A stretch of DNA of 64,000 nucleotides from Welwitschia mirabilis (lineage: Eukaryota), in NCBI GenBank assembly GCA_051453625.1, contig JBOZIK010000001.1:1689449-1753448 (forward strand), in the 5' to 3' direction. Position 1 is the stretch's first letter; each line of letters starts with the position of its first letter. This document shows, in pieces, positions 25,620 to 39,760 of the stretch. Under the pieces are notes generated by a model. It made no database searches, was not told the origin of the DNA, and saw only the letters and a list, made by a program, of their open reading frames with translations. The position numbers and the translations under genes were made by a program.

Positions 25620-27560
25620 TTGACATATTTCTCCAGAGAGCCTTTGGTTGCAGTAAGAGAAATGACACGTGTATTTGAATTGTTAGATCTAATTTTGCAG
25701 GTTATGTGGATGAATGAATGCTTAAATGAGTTAGATGTTGGCCTATCTCCTCTTTAAATATATTTGGAATGTGAAAACACAAACCATATTGATAAAACTA
25801 AATTTGATAAGTGTCATAACTCAAGATGTGTCCCTAGTATTATCAGGACTTCAGGATGTAGTTTTCTTAGTTGTCAGAAATCTATGCATAGTTTTCAGTA
25901 TGGTATTTTAAGCATACTTCCACCATGTCACACATNNNNNNNNNNNNNNNNNNNNNNNNNNNNNNNNNNNNNNNNNNNNNNNNNNNNNNNNNNNNNNNNN
26001 NNNNNNNNNNNNNNNNNNNNNNNNNNNNNNNNNNNNNNNNNNNNNNNNNNNNNNNNCAAAAAATTAGCAACTCATGGGCAAATGATGGCATGTTGATTTC
26101 CCAATCCTTTAGACATGGTGGACTAGCTGAACTTGTCCAGGGTAGTTTCTCTTCCTGTCACAGTGAACCATTCAAGTCAAATATAACCAATTTAGAATTA
26201 AATCCTAACAAAATCTCTTCCCATGTTACAAATTTCTTTAGCAACATTTCTGACACTTATCTGGATGATTATGTGTATGGTTTCACTGCCCAGTCCACTG
26301 CCTTCTAATGACTTAGACTATTTGGAATTTGTTCTCCAACACTACCTGCAGTATGATTAGTTCAGACTTAAACATATCAAATACTCTTCCTATATTATGA
26401 AGTATCTTAAGCAACATTTTGGACACTTATCTGGATGATTATGTAGATGACATCATTCTCTACCCACTGCTGCTTCTAATTGCGTACACTTTTNNNNNNN
26501 NNNNNNNNNNNNNNNNNNNNNNNNNNNNNNNNNNNNNNNNNNNNNNNNNNNNNNNNNNNNNNNNNNNNNNNNNNNNNNNNNNNNNNNNNNNNNNNNNNNN
26601 NNNNNNNNNNNNNNNNNNNNNNNNNNNNNNNNNNNNNNNNNNNNNNNNNNNNNNNNNNNNNNNNNNNNNNNNNNNNNNNNNNNNNNNNNNNNNNNNNNNN
26701 NNNNNNNNNNNNNNNNNNNNNNNNNNNNNNNNNNNNNNNNNNNNNNNNNNNNNNNNNNNNNNNNNNNNNNNNNNNNNNNNNNNNNNNNNNNNNNNNNNNN
26801 NNNNNNNNNNNNNNNNNNNNNNNNNNNNNNNNNNNNNNNNNNNNNNNNNNNNNNNNNNNNNNNNNNNNNNNNNNNNNNNNNNNNNNNNNNNNNNNNNNNN
26901 NNNNNNNNNNNNNNNNNNNNNNNNNNNNNNNNNNNNNNNNNNNNNNNNNNNNNNNNNNNNNNNNNNNNNNNNNNNNNNTTTTCGAGTTTGTTCTACAATA
27001 CTACCTGTAGTATGATTTTCATCTATGCAGAAATGGATCTTCAGTGTCGGCATAGATAAACTGCTTGGTTCCATTATTTCTGATTTCGGCATTGCCAGGA
27101 CCTGGAAATCTGCCAAATATTCCCAGCCACCAACCATGCGGTTACATCACTCTTTACAATTGGGTACAACAGTAAACCCAGCAATTGATTTGGACTGAAA
27201 CATAGTTACCATCCCATGGGTAGGACACTTTGATCCCCTTTCAGGATTCCAACTTTGAGATGTTATTTCCAGTCATTTCTTGCCATTCTAAGAACTGATC
27301 ATCACTGGTCATTTGCTTGGAGAATGCTGGTGAATTCATATTTGAAAACTTTCCCTACTTTCTCCCCATTTTTATTTGAGAGTGATAATAGAGGTCTTTG
27401 TCCATTTTTCCGTTTTGCTTTCCGTTGTAGATTTCCCATGGATGACATGTTCAACGTATTCACAGGTTCATTTCTCCATCTTTCACTTTGAAAGAAACTT
27501 TTCGTTTTTTTTGTCTGAGATAAGCTTATGTTAATTCTATGCAAGAGAAATTTCATCTAC
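25620..27560 (-). pseudogene. Probable pseudogene with a C-terminal FCP1/NIF-like (HAD superfamily) domain
   Basis: Minus strand: SKLVIFDLNGSL* (26158-26196) ... INMPSFAHELLIF(C), a 121-N gap, then C...ILKTMHRFL...PDNT...DTY...FHIPNIF. Order and spacing follow plant FCP1-homology proteins (LVLDLNGLL, RPFxxEFLxFC, C...LKxL, NTLLIDDSPYK). In-frame stops and frameshifts are present. The region keeps gene-like GC. Confidence 0.5.
26185..27020. repeat. ~170-bp tandem repeat array, partly hidden in a gap
   Basis: gacacttatctggatgattatgt at 26252 and 26422; tttgttct(c/a)caa(c/t)actacctg(c/t)agtatgatt at 26328 and 26987. Confidence 0.85.
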
Positions 27561-30500
27561 ATGAATTTATTAAGACCATAATTTGCATAACCAGTAATTG
27601 CTTCATTAAATTGACCCATGATTTCATTTTGATGCTCATTATGCTTCTGTTGGAACCGTAAAATTTTCTTTTATCTAACCAACAATCTACCTCAAGACTA
27701 GTGATTAAAAGGAGATGACTAGTAGCCCCAGGGGTAACTAGTAGTCTTGACTAATCAACTCAACTTTTTTTGTGTTAGACGAACTCTTATCTGCAACTTA
27801 ATATGCAGTAGGTGAACCTTTTCTCTTCGTGCCAACTTTTGCCGACTTTGTACCAAAAGTCTTTGCAAAAGTCTTTAAACTTGAAATTATTTTTTATTTA
27901 TTATGGAATACAAATTTAATCAATATGGTATTTCTTATTTTATATCACAAATTAACTTATGAACATCATGAATTTATAGTATGCTATCATATTAACTAAT
28001 TCATTGACTCATTTATTGCAAATTATTTATGTGTCATGGTTTTCAAGACAATTGTCAACCTTATTAAATAAAAGATCATGATATCTTCTAAGGTGAAAAA
28101 TGAATATTAGTTCTCTAGGTTGGCATGAGCTTCCATTCAAGAAATAAATTTATACATGATTCTTTTAATTCAAGTCTATATATTTGTTTATATAAATAAA
28201 AAGACAAACCTCATTGAAGTTGCATTGTGATAAGAGAAACCTTAGGTCTAGTTTGTAGATGCAAATTACATTTATGTTGATCTTGTTCAAAAATTAACTT
28301 TTTATGTTATTCTTATAGCTCTATTAACATAATTCCATTTCTTACATAGGAAACTAATATTGTACTCTCATTTATATGTTTTAGGGGAATATCAAATCTA
28401 ATTATAGTTTTTTAGAGAAGGTACTTTTTTATTTGTCTTATATTTCTATTACCATTCTTTTAAAAAAATGACCACAAAAAGACATTTCACGTTCTTCAAT
28501 CATATTTTTCTAATCTTAAATATATTTTAATGATGTTATAGTTGTTAAAGATATCACATTTAAAAAATGTTGTTTTCTAATTTATTTTATTATTGACTTT
28601 TTTTCTACCAAGCATTCTCTCACTTGTGACATGACTTCCATGTTTCATATTACTAATTTTTTATTTTACCAAACACTGCTCAAGACTTGATAAAATTGGG
28701 AGGTAAAACCATCCACATATTATATCATAAAGATGTTTCTTATTATGTTTTGAAGGTTAGTCTAAAGATAGTAAGGTTATATGGAGTGGCTTTTAATAAT
28801 GGTACTAACATCAGTAGTAAGCAACTATTGAAAGTTTATATTTATGCTACATATGCATATTTTGTCCTTCCTCCAAATCAACATGAAATTTTGTGTCTTG
28901 GTAAGTTAACAAACCTTATACTTTTTGTTAGCCTATGCTACATCATTTTAAAGGTAGGTATCCTCTTACAATCTTTAAGATACATGTAAGCATTTGTATA
29001 CTCGTTTTTTTAATTTATTTTTTAATTGTGTACTTAAACATCAAGTTTCATATATTTAGCTTAACACTTTAAACTTACAAGTGGACCCTTGATAATTAAT
29101 ATTCTTATTTTATAGGTTTACTTGCGCAAATACTTCCATAATGAACCCAACAAATCTCTCTTGGAATTACTTTATTTGCTATTGTAATAGCTCTATTCTA
29201 CTTATGCATCCTTAATCTCTTCTATTTTTCTAGAAGAGTTTATTTGAATGCTATCCTTTATATCTATTCATGTCCAAGAATGCAACATAGTTGTTCTAGT
29301 AGTAGCTTTTATGTCTTTAGGGTTTCCCATTGCTTTTCATCTATATTATCTTCTTTAACCACTACTGTAATAGTTTCTTTATAGTACCATAATAAAAGTC
29401 TACCAACGAATTCATTCTTGAGGATATGCTNNNNNNNNNNNNNNNNNNNNNNNNNNNNNNNNNNNNNNNNNNNNNNNNNNNNNNNNNNNNNNNNNNNNNN
29501 NNNNNNNNNNNNNNNNNNNNNNNNNNNNNNNNNNNNNNNNNNNNNNNNNNNNNNNNNNNNNNNNNNNNNNNNNNNNNNNNNNNNNNNNNNNNNNNNNNNN
29601 NNNNNNNNNNNNNNNNNNNNNNNNNNNNNNNNNNNNNNNNNNNNNNNNNNNNNNNNNNNNNNNNNNNNNNNNNNNNNNNNNNNNNNNNNNNNNNNNNNNN
29701 NNNNNNNNNNNNNNNNNNNNNNNNNNNNNNNNNNNNNNNNNNNNNNNNNNNNNNNNNNNNNNNNNNNNNNNNNNNNNNNNNNNNNNNNNNNNNNNNNNNN
29801 NNNNNNNNNNNNNNNNNNNNNNNNNNNNNNNNNNNNNNNNNNNNNNNNNNNNNNNNNNNNNNNNNNNNNNNNNNNNNNNNNNNNNNNNNNNNNNNNNNNN
29901 NNNNNNNNNNNCTTCATTCTTGAGGATATGCTTGTCTTATATATGTATACATATATATATTTGCTCAATTTTTAAGATTTCAATTTCTCTAGCTCTGTTT
30001 CCATTTTGCCTTACATCGTATTCATTGAGCTATTTTAGCAAAGCTTGATACCTTTGACTTTGTTTAGTAACTTTATTTGTATTTTTTAAAGGTCTCAAGT
30101 TTTGCTTTTTATAAACCTCTATAAAGCCTTAGTTCATCAAGTTGGTTGCTCATCATTCAATGTTTTATGTAATAAAAATCTTCTTTACATTTATTATTTT
30201 CATATGTGTAAACAAACCAATGTTCTAATGCATGATATCATGAGAGATTAATTTAAGCATTTGGTTGAATGGCATAAACCCACTAATGTTGTTTCCCTAT
30301 AGTAATTCCTTTAATTATTTTTTATCTTGAGAATTCTAGTTAAAAATAAAAAGTACTACAATTATTCCTTTGTGTGTATCTTGTATTTCTCTAGTTTACT
30401 TGTATTTAATGTATCTAAAGTACATTGTGCTTCATGCTAATAGACTAAACAATAACTTACGAAACCATAAATACAATTTTATTGCCTTAGGTTTGACATT

Positions 30501-30599
30501 GCACTCTGTTGATATGTTTCTATAGATCTTTTACAAGGCACTTTTAAGCATTCAATATTTAATCTATTGTGCAAAATGTGTTAGTTATTTACGTTTCTC

Positions 30600-33500
30600 T
30601 TTAAGTGCCTCGGGTCTTCCCAGAGCTATGGAGTTCAATCCTTTGCATACAAAGATCTAATAAGCACGTCAAATTCAAATGGTCCTTTAAGGCAACTCAC
30701 CTTTCTTCATTTCCTATAATATGTCACATAAGTGCCTAAGAATAGTTATACTATCTAGTCCTAACCCTTTTGTTTCTCATGTAGACAACAAAGGTTTTGG
30801 ATTTGTAAACAACAAACCAAAGGTATAAGAGGGCTCAAAAACTAATTTTGCATGCAATGGTAGAGGTAAGAGATAAGAGACTCTTTTTTGATTTCACAAT
30901 TCAAATGTTTGAATTAACTAATGATGATTTTTATGTGCATTTGCCATTGGGTACTTTACTGGTAAATCCTCATCATCCTTTTAGCTTAATAAATAGATGT
31001 CACTTTTATGGAAACCTCATGGTATTCGTTGCTCTCTTGTACAAATCATGAAGCATGGATTCTACACCTTCTAATTCAAGAGTTCATAAAAGCATAATAA
31101 AGCTTTATTACTACAACCTATTTGGCCTATCAATGAAACCTTTTTGGCATTCAATTAGTGGATCAAGGACTTTATTCATAAATCCTTTGATAACACCTTA
31201 CCTAGTTGGATTGAGTTCAAAGGATTGCCTTTCTTCATGAACTATCACCTTAATAAACTTGTAAGTACTGTAGGCAAAGTCTAATGTTCAAATAAGATAT
31301 GTGATTTTAGGACCCATAAAACACATAGAGTTTGTGACAACCTAGACATTACATAAGCACTACTATATGTGATAGATATCAAACGGATAAATGAGTTGAT
31401 GCATGTCCAACCCAGTACATACTTGGCCTTACTCAATCATTGCCACTGCCACCATAAGAAAGGTCATTTTAGGTTTAAATTCCCAAAATTACAGGCTAAA
31501 GAAGTGTGCTTAGCTGCTATGGCTTAACAATCTTCTCCTACATTGGCAAATCCATAGACATTCATGAATGCTAACACCCTTAAGATTCTAAAGGAAAGGC
31601 ACATCAGACACCAAGCCCTAGAATGAAAGTGAATGCCTTACTAATGATACTAGTAACTTTGTTAAAATAAATGGTAGATGAAAAAAATTAATGTATTAAC
31701 TTCATAACTTGGGATCCTTCAACTAGTGGTAATTGTGCTAAGGAGGGTCAAGGATCCTTCGAAAATACCATGTTTAGCAGAGCGAGTACCTATGGCATTG
31801 CCAAATCTTGGTCTGAAGTCATAAAGAAAGATGCCTTCTTTAGAATAGCAATGAAGAAAAATGTTTAATCTTGCCCAAAGCCAATAGTAAACCATGCATA
31901 AATAAGTAATAGTTTATCATGCTTGTAGACCTTAGATAACAGAGAAACTATACACATGCACTCATGGAGATTCTCACTTGGAAAGTTAGAGGTTTACTAT
32001 ATCTGAATTGTGTCTATATCATTTGAGGTTCATTGTGAAAGTTATTTGTCAATTTTATTCTTATTTAAGAAGTTAAAGCTGTTAATTCTAACCTTTCTGT
32101 AGCTAGCAATATTATAAGAAAACAATTTTTAAAATATATATTTTTTAACCAATACTCATCATAAAGGTAAGGGACATTGTTTGATTGAGATACGTGTGTG
32201 AGTAGTATGCTATTGAATCTTGTACTTTTTTGGATGTGGTAGTTAATGTTAGTTTGAAAGTCATGATTGTCACTTTATAGCACTAAAAGAACTACATTCT
32301 AAAACATTTTCATATGAAACCTTTCCAACATTTTGTGGATTGTATTTAGAGATTATAATATGATAATGCTAGAGACAAACTTGTGGGAGAGGAGTTGCAT
32401 TATTTAAGGCTTAAAAAATGTGGCCTAGGATCACTTCAAACCTTTCCATTTGCTTAAGCAAATCCATGAGAACTACCACACTCTTTCTTTTGGGTGGTTC
32501 ACTTAGTGAAACTCACATAAAGAAGAGAATCTTATTTTATCTAGAAACGATAGACTTTATGCCATGACTCTTCATGACTTTGTCTTTTTATGGAAATGAT
32601 GCATAGTAGCATCAGTGATTTTAGATTTTGATTTGTTTGATGATTTTTGAGTAATCCATGAATTTGATATTCAAAGCTTCTTTACCACCAAGCATGAACA
32701 CTTCGTTTTACACTCTTCTAGGTTTGATTCTTTTTGTACTCAGGCTAGGAATTTATTGCTTTAGCCTTGTGGAAATGAAGGTTGGATTGACTAGTTTACT
32801 ATAGCATTTTAGAGGATTAAGGACCTATTTATAAATATTTTAGTTTAGTTTAATGAAAACATGCGAAAGGAGGAGGATGACCTATGGTATAAGATGTAGC
32901 TTTACATAAATGACATTGATTCTGGTATAAGATATCTTGTTGATCTGCATCATAAATTACATGCAAGTTAGGCTCATAAAGTGTATAACAAATTAAGTAA
33001 GGCTATAATGAATTAGCTTCATAATGGAGATCTCCCAAGCAAATACTTCTTTAACATTATTAAATATCCTTTAAGAAGAAATGTAATCTCAAGTTTAATC
33101 CATGATGATGTCTTTCTTACAAAAGACTTTGAATTCTTAGATCCCTTTATTAGTTATTATCAATGTATTTTTGATTCTTTTATCATTGATATTAAAGTTG
33201 TGGAAGAGGTTTCATAAATATTTTCTCAGTTCAACATTAATGCTCTAAGTGATGCTCTAGTTCTTTTTCTAGATGACTTTACGACTACAATGAAGAAACT
33301 AGCTAAGAACAAGACCCCAAGGGATAATGGTTTTTTTAGATGAGTGGTATCAACATTTCAAGGAGCTAATTGAAAATAATTTCTGTAGAATGTACTTAAA
33401 GGTAGTCAGCAAAGGTTCTCTAGGTGAATTCTGTAAGAAAGAAATCATGAAGATGATCCCTAAAGAGCAACATCATATTAAATTGAATCAATGAAGATCC

Positions 33501-35500
33501 ATTACCTTACTTACTATGCCCTATAAAATTATTGCCGCTATTGTTGCCACAAATCTAGAGAAGCATCTAGGGTAAATTACTTCAAAAGTGTATTCAAATT
33601 CATTTTAGATAATGTCAATACAACTCTTGAAGAAATACAATGAAATGTTAACTTGAAAAAGAAAGATTCTTTTTACATTTTTTTTGCTTTTCCTTTTTTT
33701 TTTTTTTTTTTTTGTTTTTCANNNNNNNNNNNNNNNNNNNNNNNNNNNNNNNNNNNAGGGTTATGATTAGTCATATGAGCCTTAGGGATTTCTTATTTAA
33801 TCATGTCAACTTATGTCTTCTTAGATAAAATTCAAATTTGATGGTTAATCACATGTAGTTTGAGGAATTCATGATTTATAAGTCTATTAATTAGGGTTAT
33901 CCTTTATCCCCTTATTTGTTTATTATTGTAGCTTATGATCTTACTTATTCGATAAGGCATTTTTCAGCTTTAAAACCCATCTAGGGTATTTAACTATTAG
34001 CTTGTAATGAATATTTAATTCTTAGCTAATACGATGATGATTCTTTTTTGTTATTGAATAAAGAAAAGGAGGAGAATGCCAAGAATGTTATCAAAATGCT
34101 TTAGTTATATAATAATTCTTAAGATACGTCTAAAGCCTTTCATAATGCTCATTTCCCATCTTAGGATTAACATCTTTAATGTTCTTAGAGGCAGGCTGGA
34201 CAAGATAAGTATTTCAATCTATTGGATATTAGGATAGTAGTTAGTGATAATGCTTTGAATATCTAGAGTGGAATCATTGATTTTATTAAGAAAAATATTG
34301 GTACATGTAATAGTCAACTAGTTTATTTTCCTGGGAGAAGGATTATTATTAGGCATATTCTATTGTTTATTTTAACTATTTCTCTTCTATCATAACCCCT
34401 AATAATAAATCTACTAAGGATTTGGAAAAATTGATAAAAATATTTTTGTGGAATAGATGGAACAATAAGACCTTTCATCATGTATCTTAGAACATTTATC
34501 AACTTAGTATAGATCAAAGAAGACAAGGTATTTTTGATCTATTTAGTCAAACACATAATCTTACTTCTAATTAGTTCACAAGGGCAGCCATAGGGATGGA
34601 AAAATGCAAAATAATTTTAATAATTCATGTTACAAAACCTATGGAAGAGTAGGCTTTAAAGTCTTAAGAGTACTAGTTATATGAACTTTTTAATGAAAGA
34701 ACTAAGACTATGAAAGGTTCTTTGCTAATTCAATAAATTTGGAAGCATTGAAAACCAATTAAGAGGAAATTCACTAGTTATCCTTGTAGAATTTCCTATG
34801 CTCTTTCTTAGTAGGTTTCACTTTAGAGTTTTATGAGAAATCAACCAATGAAAGATTTAGCTAAGAAATTTAATAATCTTAATTACAAAAGATACTATTA
34901 TGTTTTATAACATTTGGTTAACACTTCATATGATTGATTAAATACTTCTAAATAGATCTAAAGAACTAAGTTTATAATCTTTCCTCATAGAGACTAAAAT
35001 TTAGATTTAGAGGAATATTACTAGTTCTAGGATGAATAAACTAATTTGTCTCATAAACATGGCAAACTACTAAGTTTATTGGAAAGAAGGATGATAAGGT
35101 CCTAGAAGTATTGGTTCCATTATAGTATTGGTCAACTAAAGTAGCTCTAAGATTTATTCTAGTTAAAAAGGAAATAACCCTAAAGTCTTATTTGTTTTTT
35201 GGTTGTTTATGATGTAGGGCCTTCATATGAGAAGAACTTACAAAAAATAGAATAAAATACACTCTACCCACATTATGCTAGAAATTAGACCTACTTACAT
35301 TATTGTTTTCAATGGCCTATCGCTTTCAATGGTCTATTACATGTATTTTAAATAAAAGTTGCAGGATTCATTTGCAAACATCCTTTTTCTTTATTGTTGG
35401 ACCTAAACCTAGTGGTTTTCAACTTGCTAGGGTGAATTAATATTAAGACTAAAATTCATTATTTGTGAAAACTTCACTATAATAAACTTTTTCAATAGAA
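30600..35500 (+). mobile_element. L1-type LINE, near full length, decayed
   Basis: ORF1 knuckle CHCHHKKGHFRFKFP (~31441-31485); endonuclease-like DCHFIALKEL (~32265); GDLPSKYF (~33026); KNKTPRDNG (~33305); IPK...*RSITLLTMPYKII (~33455-33535); *GYPLSPYLF (~33893); S*YDDDS (~34024). Ends are approximate. Confidence 0.88.
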
Positions 35501-36000
35501 CAATATAAACCCTAATTACTCTTTGTATGAGTTTTTTCTTAATGTCTATGTGTATTTGTGCTCATATAGTTAAAATGCTGTCATCCACAACCAACACTTT
35601 AATGATATACTAAAATACTTGATAAGAGTCCCTTAAGACATCTTACAAGTTTCACTAAGCCTAGATGCCTATGATGAAATAGAGCTATCTAAGAACAATG
35701 GTGATCTAGGATGCTCTCATGGTGGTAGAGGGAGAAGAGAGGGTTGCAACCCTAAACATGATAAAAAATGTAGTCCTTCCTCTTTTCATCATTCTAGTTT
35801 CCCATTTCCTCAACTAACTTAACTATAAAATTTTAATCAAAATAATGTAGATTAATGGCAGAGTCAACCCTCCTCACATTAGACTACTTACCACAATAGT
35901 AGATGAGGGGTCCCTCAGAATCCTGAAAGTAATAATAAAATATAGCTCATGTTACCCCTTATATTTCTACTGGGTAACCACTCACGCGCGCGGGCCCACC

Positions 36001-36008
<8 letters not shown>

Positions 36009-36042
<34 letters not shown>
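36009..36042. repeat. (CA)n microsatellite, preceded by short (CG)n and (CCCA)n runs
   Basis: Direct reading of the sequence. Confidence 0.92.
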
Positions 36043-36043
<1 letters not shown>

Positions 36044-39000
36044 CTAAAGCTAGTGGCAACCAAGTGTTATTTTATACTGCTTATCTTCCTTAGCCCTTCA
36101 AATTATGTCTACGCCATCCTTTGTAGTATATGTTATGCCTAAACATTTTTATCATCAGTAGTTCATGTAGGCCTTAGTGCAATAACCTAGAAACATTACT
36201 TAAATATCCAATGTTACCATTGAGCTTGTTACACTTCATAAAAAGGTTCTTTAATTCACACATAACAAGTAAAACTAAAAACATTCTGGAAGTTAGAGAA
36301 TCCTTAACTGGATCATCTACTTTGCTCCTAGATCCCCATAAAAAAGGGAAGAGTTTTCTTAGAACAAGATTGAGCCCTAATTGAATGGATTTGTTGCTTT
36401 TAGCTTTATCTATCACTTGTTTAGTCTTTTATGATATTTTTCTCATCTTTAGTTATTTTATATCTACTTTTTAAACCACTTTTTATTGAGCATGAGATTG
36501 TATGTTGTGATGGTTGTTTTGCCTCTCCATCTTTTAATGTTGAGCAAGAGTTAATATTTTTTATAATATTGGTTTTTAGTTAATTTAATGGATTAAATAT
36601 TTCTCCTTTCCCCCTTCAACCTCTTTAAACATATATAACAAATATTATGTGCTAACACATTTTAGATGCATCATGTATTTTCATAAGACTTTGAATATAT
36701 AATGCTATACATGTATGAATCAAGTTGGATACCTTTTTGGAAGAGATGGCTATAACCACAAAGACATAAGATGCAAAGATTTTAAACATTACAATAATAT
36801 TACCCTATGCATTAGGGATTTAAATACCATAAACGCTATTAAATATGAATTTGAAAGAGCCTAATCGTATAATTTTAAAGAAAAAATATAAGGTAAAGAT
36901 TTTTATTTTANNNNNNNNNNNNNNNNNNNNNNNNNNNNNNNNNNNNNNNNNNNNNNNNNNNNNNNNNNNNNNNNNNNNNNNNNNNNNNNNNNNNNNNNNN
37001 NNNNNNNNNNNNNNNNNNNNNNNNNNNNNNNNNNNNNNNNNNNNNNNNNNNNNNNNNNNNNNNNNNNNNNNNNNNNNNNNNNNNNNNNNNNNNNNNNNNN
37101 NNNNNNNNNNNNNNNNNNNNNNNNNNNNNNNNNNNNNNNNNNNNNNNNNNNNNNNNNNNNNNNNNNNNNNNNNNNNNNNNNNNNNNNNNNNNNNNNNNNN
37201 NNNNNNNNNNNNNNNNNNNNNNNNNNNNNNNNNNNNNNNNNNNNNNNNNNNNNNNNNNNNNNNNNNNNNNNNNNNNNNNNNNNNNNNNNNNNNNNNNNNN
37301 NNNNNNNNNNNNNNNNNNNNNNNNNNNNNNNNNNNNNNNNNNNNNNNNNNNNNNNNNNNNNNNNNNNNNNNNNNNNNNNNNNNNNNNNNNNNNNNNNNNN
37401 NNNNNNNNNNNNNNNNNNNNNNNNNNNNNNNNNNNNNNNNNNNNACTTTTGTTAATCAACACATTACCTTAATAATTCATTAATGGAAAAAAATATTGAT
37501 TTTAATGATCCAAAATAACTTTGTGTGCCCTATTTTAGTGTTTCGTATTTGCATCTTATTGTTAAGAAATTCAAGCTTGAGATCATGGAGCTCTTTAGAT
37601 CATTTATTAATGTTCACAACTTTTATTCCTCATTTGAAACTAGAATAGGGTATTTTATTGATATAAATTTAAATAATAGAAAGAAAATTTAAATAATAGA
37701 AAGAAAGTTTTATCCCTTAAAGCTAGTACTATTACCCATTAACAATAAGTTTTTAACTTAATCATTTCAATTCCTATATCTATTGGCATAAAGAAGGCTA
37801 TTTATTTAACCATTGTTCCCTCTTATAATGGCAAGAATTTTCCTTCTACTTTAAGGATTATTTTTTATTAAAATATTTCATTTGGTAGTAAAAAGCATAT
37901 AACATCAAAAAAAATCAAAATATTTATCTTAATCAATTAGCAAAGAAAAATAAGCTAATACTTATTTATTCATGTATCTCTAGTCCGATTAAATGCAGAT
38001 GATTTTGCTTTAAATGATGTTGTAAAAATAATAACAAATCAAGTGTACAATTATTCAAAGTGATGGAATCACATAAATACCTTATTCCTAATGGAGATTT
38101 TTTTAAAAAATATTTTTTTAATAGTATCTTGTTTTTCATTATAAAATCCTTAAAGCAAAATATCCAAATCTTTAACTAGTTTTAGGTTTTAGGAGTAAAC
38201 TATGAAAACAACATGGACATTAATGACAACATAATTATTTGTGTATGTGATAGGGTATGAATCTTATCTCCCATATGTTTGTGATAAAAATACTCTTTAA
38301 TTGTTCAAGCACTTATAAATAGCTTTTAAAGAAAAAGAGTCAGAGATTTCATTCAAAAACATTCCCTATCTCCTAATACTGTAAGAATTTAAAATCTCTT
38401 AGAAGAAATGAATTTTGTAGGAAAGTTATTTATTAAAAATACTACTATATTTACAATAAAATATTGTGTTGATAAAGGTCATTATTCTATTATTATTTAA
38501 TCACCTTGGCACTCTAGATTTGTTTGAAATGGTTATGATTATCGGAATAGATGCAAGTAGGTGCTTCTCTCTTTCCCTCATATAGTTTTTAAAACTTGCT
38601 TCATTTATGTTCTAATGAAGCTTTAAAAAGAGCTTTCTTTGGTTGCAATTAATCTACTCTCTTTAAAATGTTCCTTGGCTCTTTTGTGGATATTTTAATA
38701 TGATAGAGAATTTGTTTGATAATATTATAAGCTTCTATTTTTATTTGGATCCTAATAAAACATTTTTGATATTCTCCTAAAGATAAGTTTTCTCTTATTA
38801 ATTTCCTTTAATAATCTTAGTCATCTCCTTAATGAGATTTTTATGCTTAATTAAATTTTTTATTAGAGAGTGATTTTTTTAAACGTCTTCATAAATTTTA
38901 TTTTTATTTTATCTCTTTCTAAGATCAGAATTCTTTTATTAGAGTTTGTAATAATTTCTTATTATTACATTATTACACCATTTGTTTGTAGATTGACTTT

Positions 39001-39299
39001 GTGCACTCAACTAAATGAAATCATCCTTGTCTCTTTAGAATGCACATAATTACATCTAATTCTAAATCAAGGAAAACATTTTTTTTTTTTGCATATTTTA
39101 CAAAACATAGAGCTCATCCAAGTGGAAATACTAGATGGATTACATGATGGACCCATACTATGTGTTATATCTAGAATCATGCTAGACATATTGGTAAACA
39201 AATAGATGCTAAAGCATGAGAAGTGTATTTAAACATTTAGTAGCATATGTCATCAGTTTTTGCTACTATATGAGAAGATCCTTTTTACCATCCTATTTA

Positions 39300-39760
39300 T
39301 AAGAAATTTTTAATAATCAATAATTGCTTAAATTTTTAGGAATTATATTTTGCTAGAAGTATTTCTAGTAAGAATAAGATTTCATAACATTCAAGATGTC
39401 AATCATAAAGAAACTTTTAAGTTTCTCAACATAGGTTTTTCTTCTTTTTAATTGGATAAATTTAATTTTAATGATAGTTTCTTCTATGATTCTTAAGCTA
39501 TTATTAGTATTTAGTTAAACATTTATTAAAACATTCAAACCATATGGTTTTTATTAACATCTCTTTTACTAAAATGATAGGTTAATTCCTTAGAAAGTAA
39601 TAAAAGTTTATTAAACGTAGAAGAAAGATATTATGAGGATGAGTTAAAAGTAGCTTACTTTAATATTGGTAGTGGTAAGGCTTCTAGAATAAGTGCTTTT
39701 TATGTAGAATTTTATTAAAAAACATGGGGATATTTTTGGGAAATAGTACCTTACATAGTT
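39300..39760 (+). mobile_element. LINE ORF2 fragment
   Basis: VAYFNIGSGKASRISAFYVEFY*KTWG (~39650-39730) matches KAPGxDGFxxEFYxxxW; LDKF near 39452. Confidence 0.55.

Noticed and set aside
26340..26460. C/D-box snoRNA cluster in the 170-bp repeats
   Set aside because: Only an imperfect C box and a CTGA in one unit, not conserved in the other, and no terminal stem.
27025..27198. Plus-strand ORF containing IISDFGIAR, resembling protein-kinase subdomain VII
   Set aside because: No upstream HRDxKxxN and no downstream GYxAPE; only 57 codons long and overlapping the minus-strand pseudogene candidate. Most likely chance.
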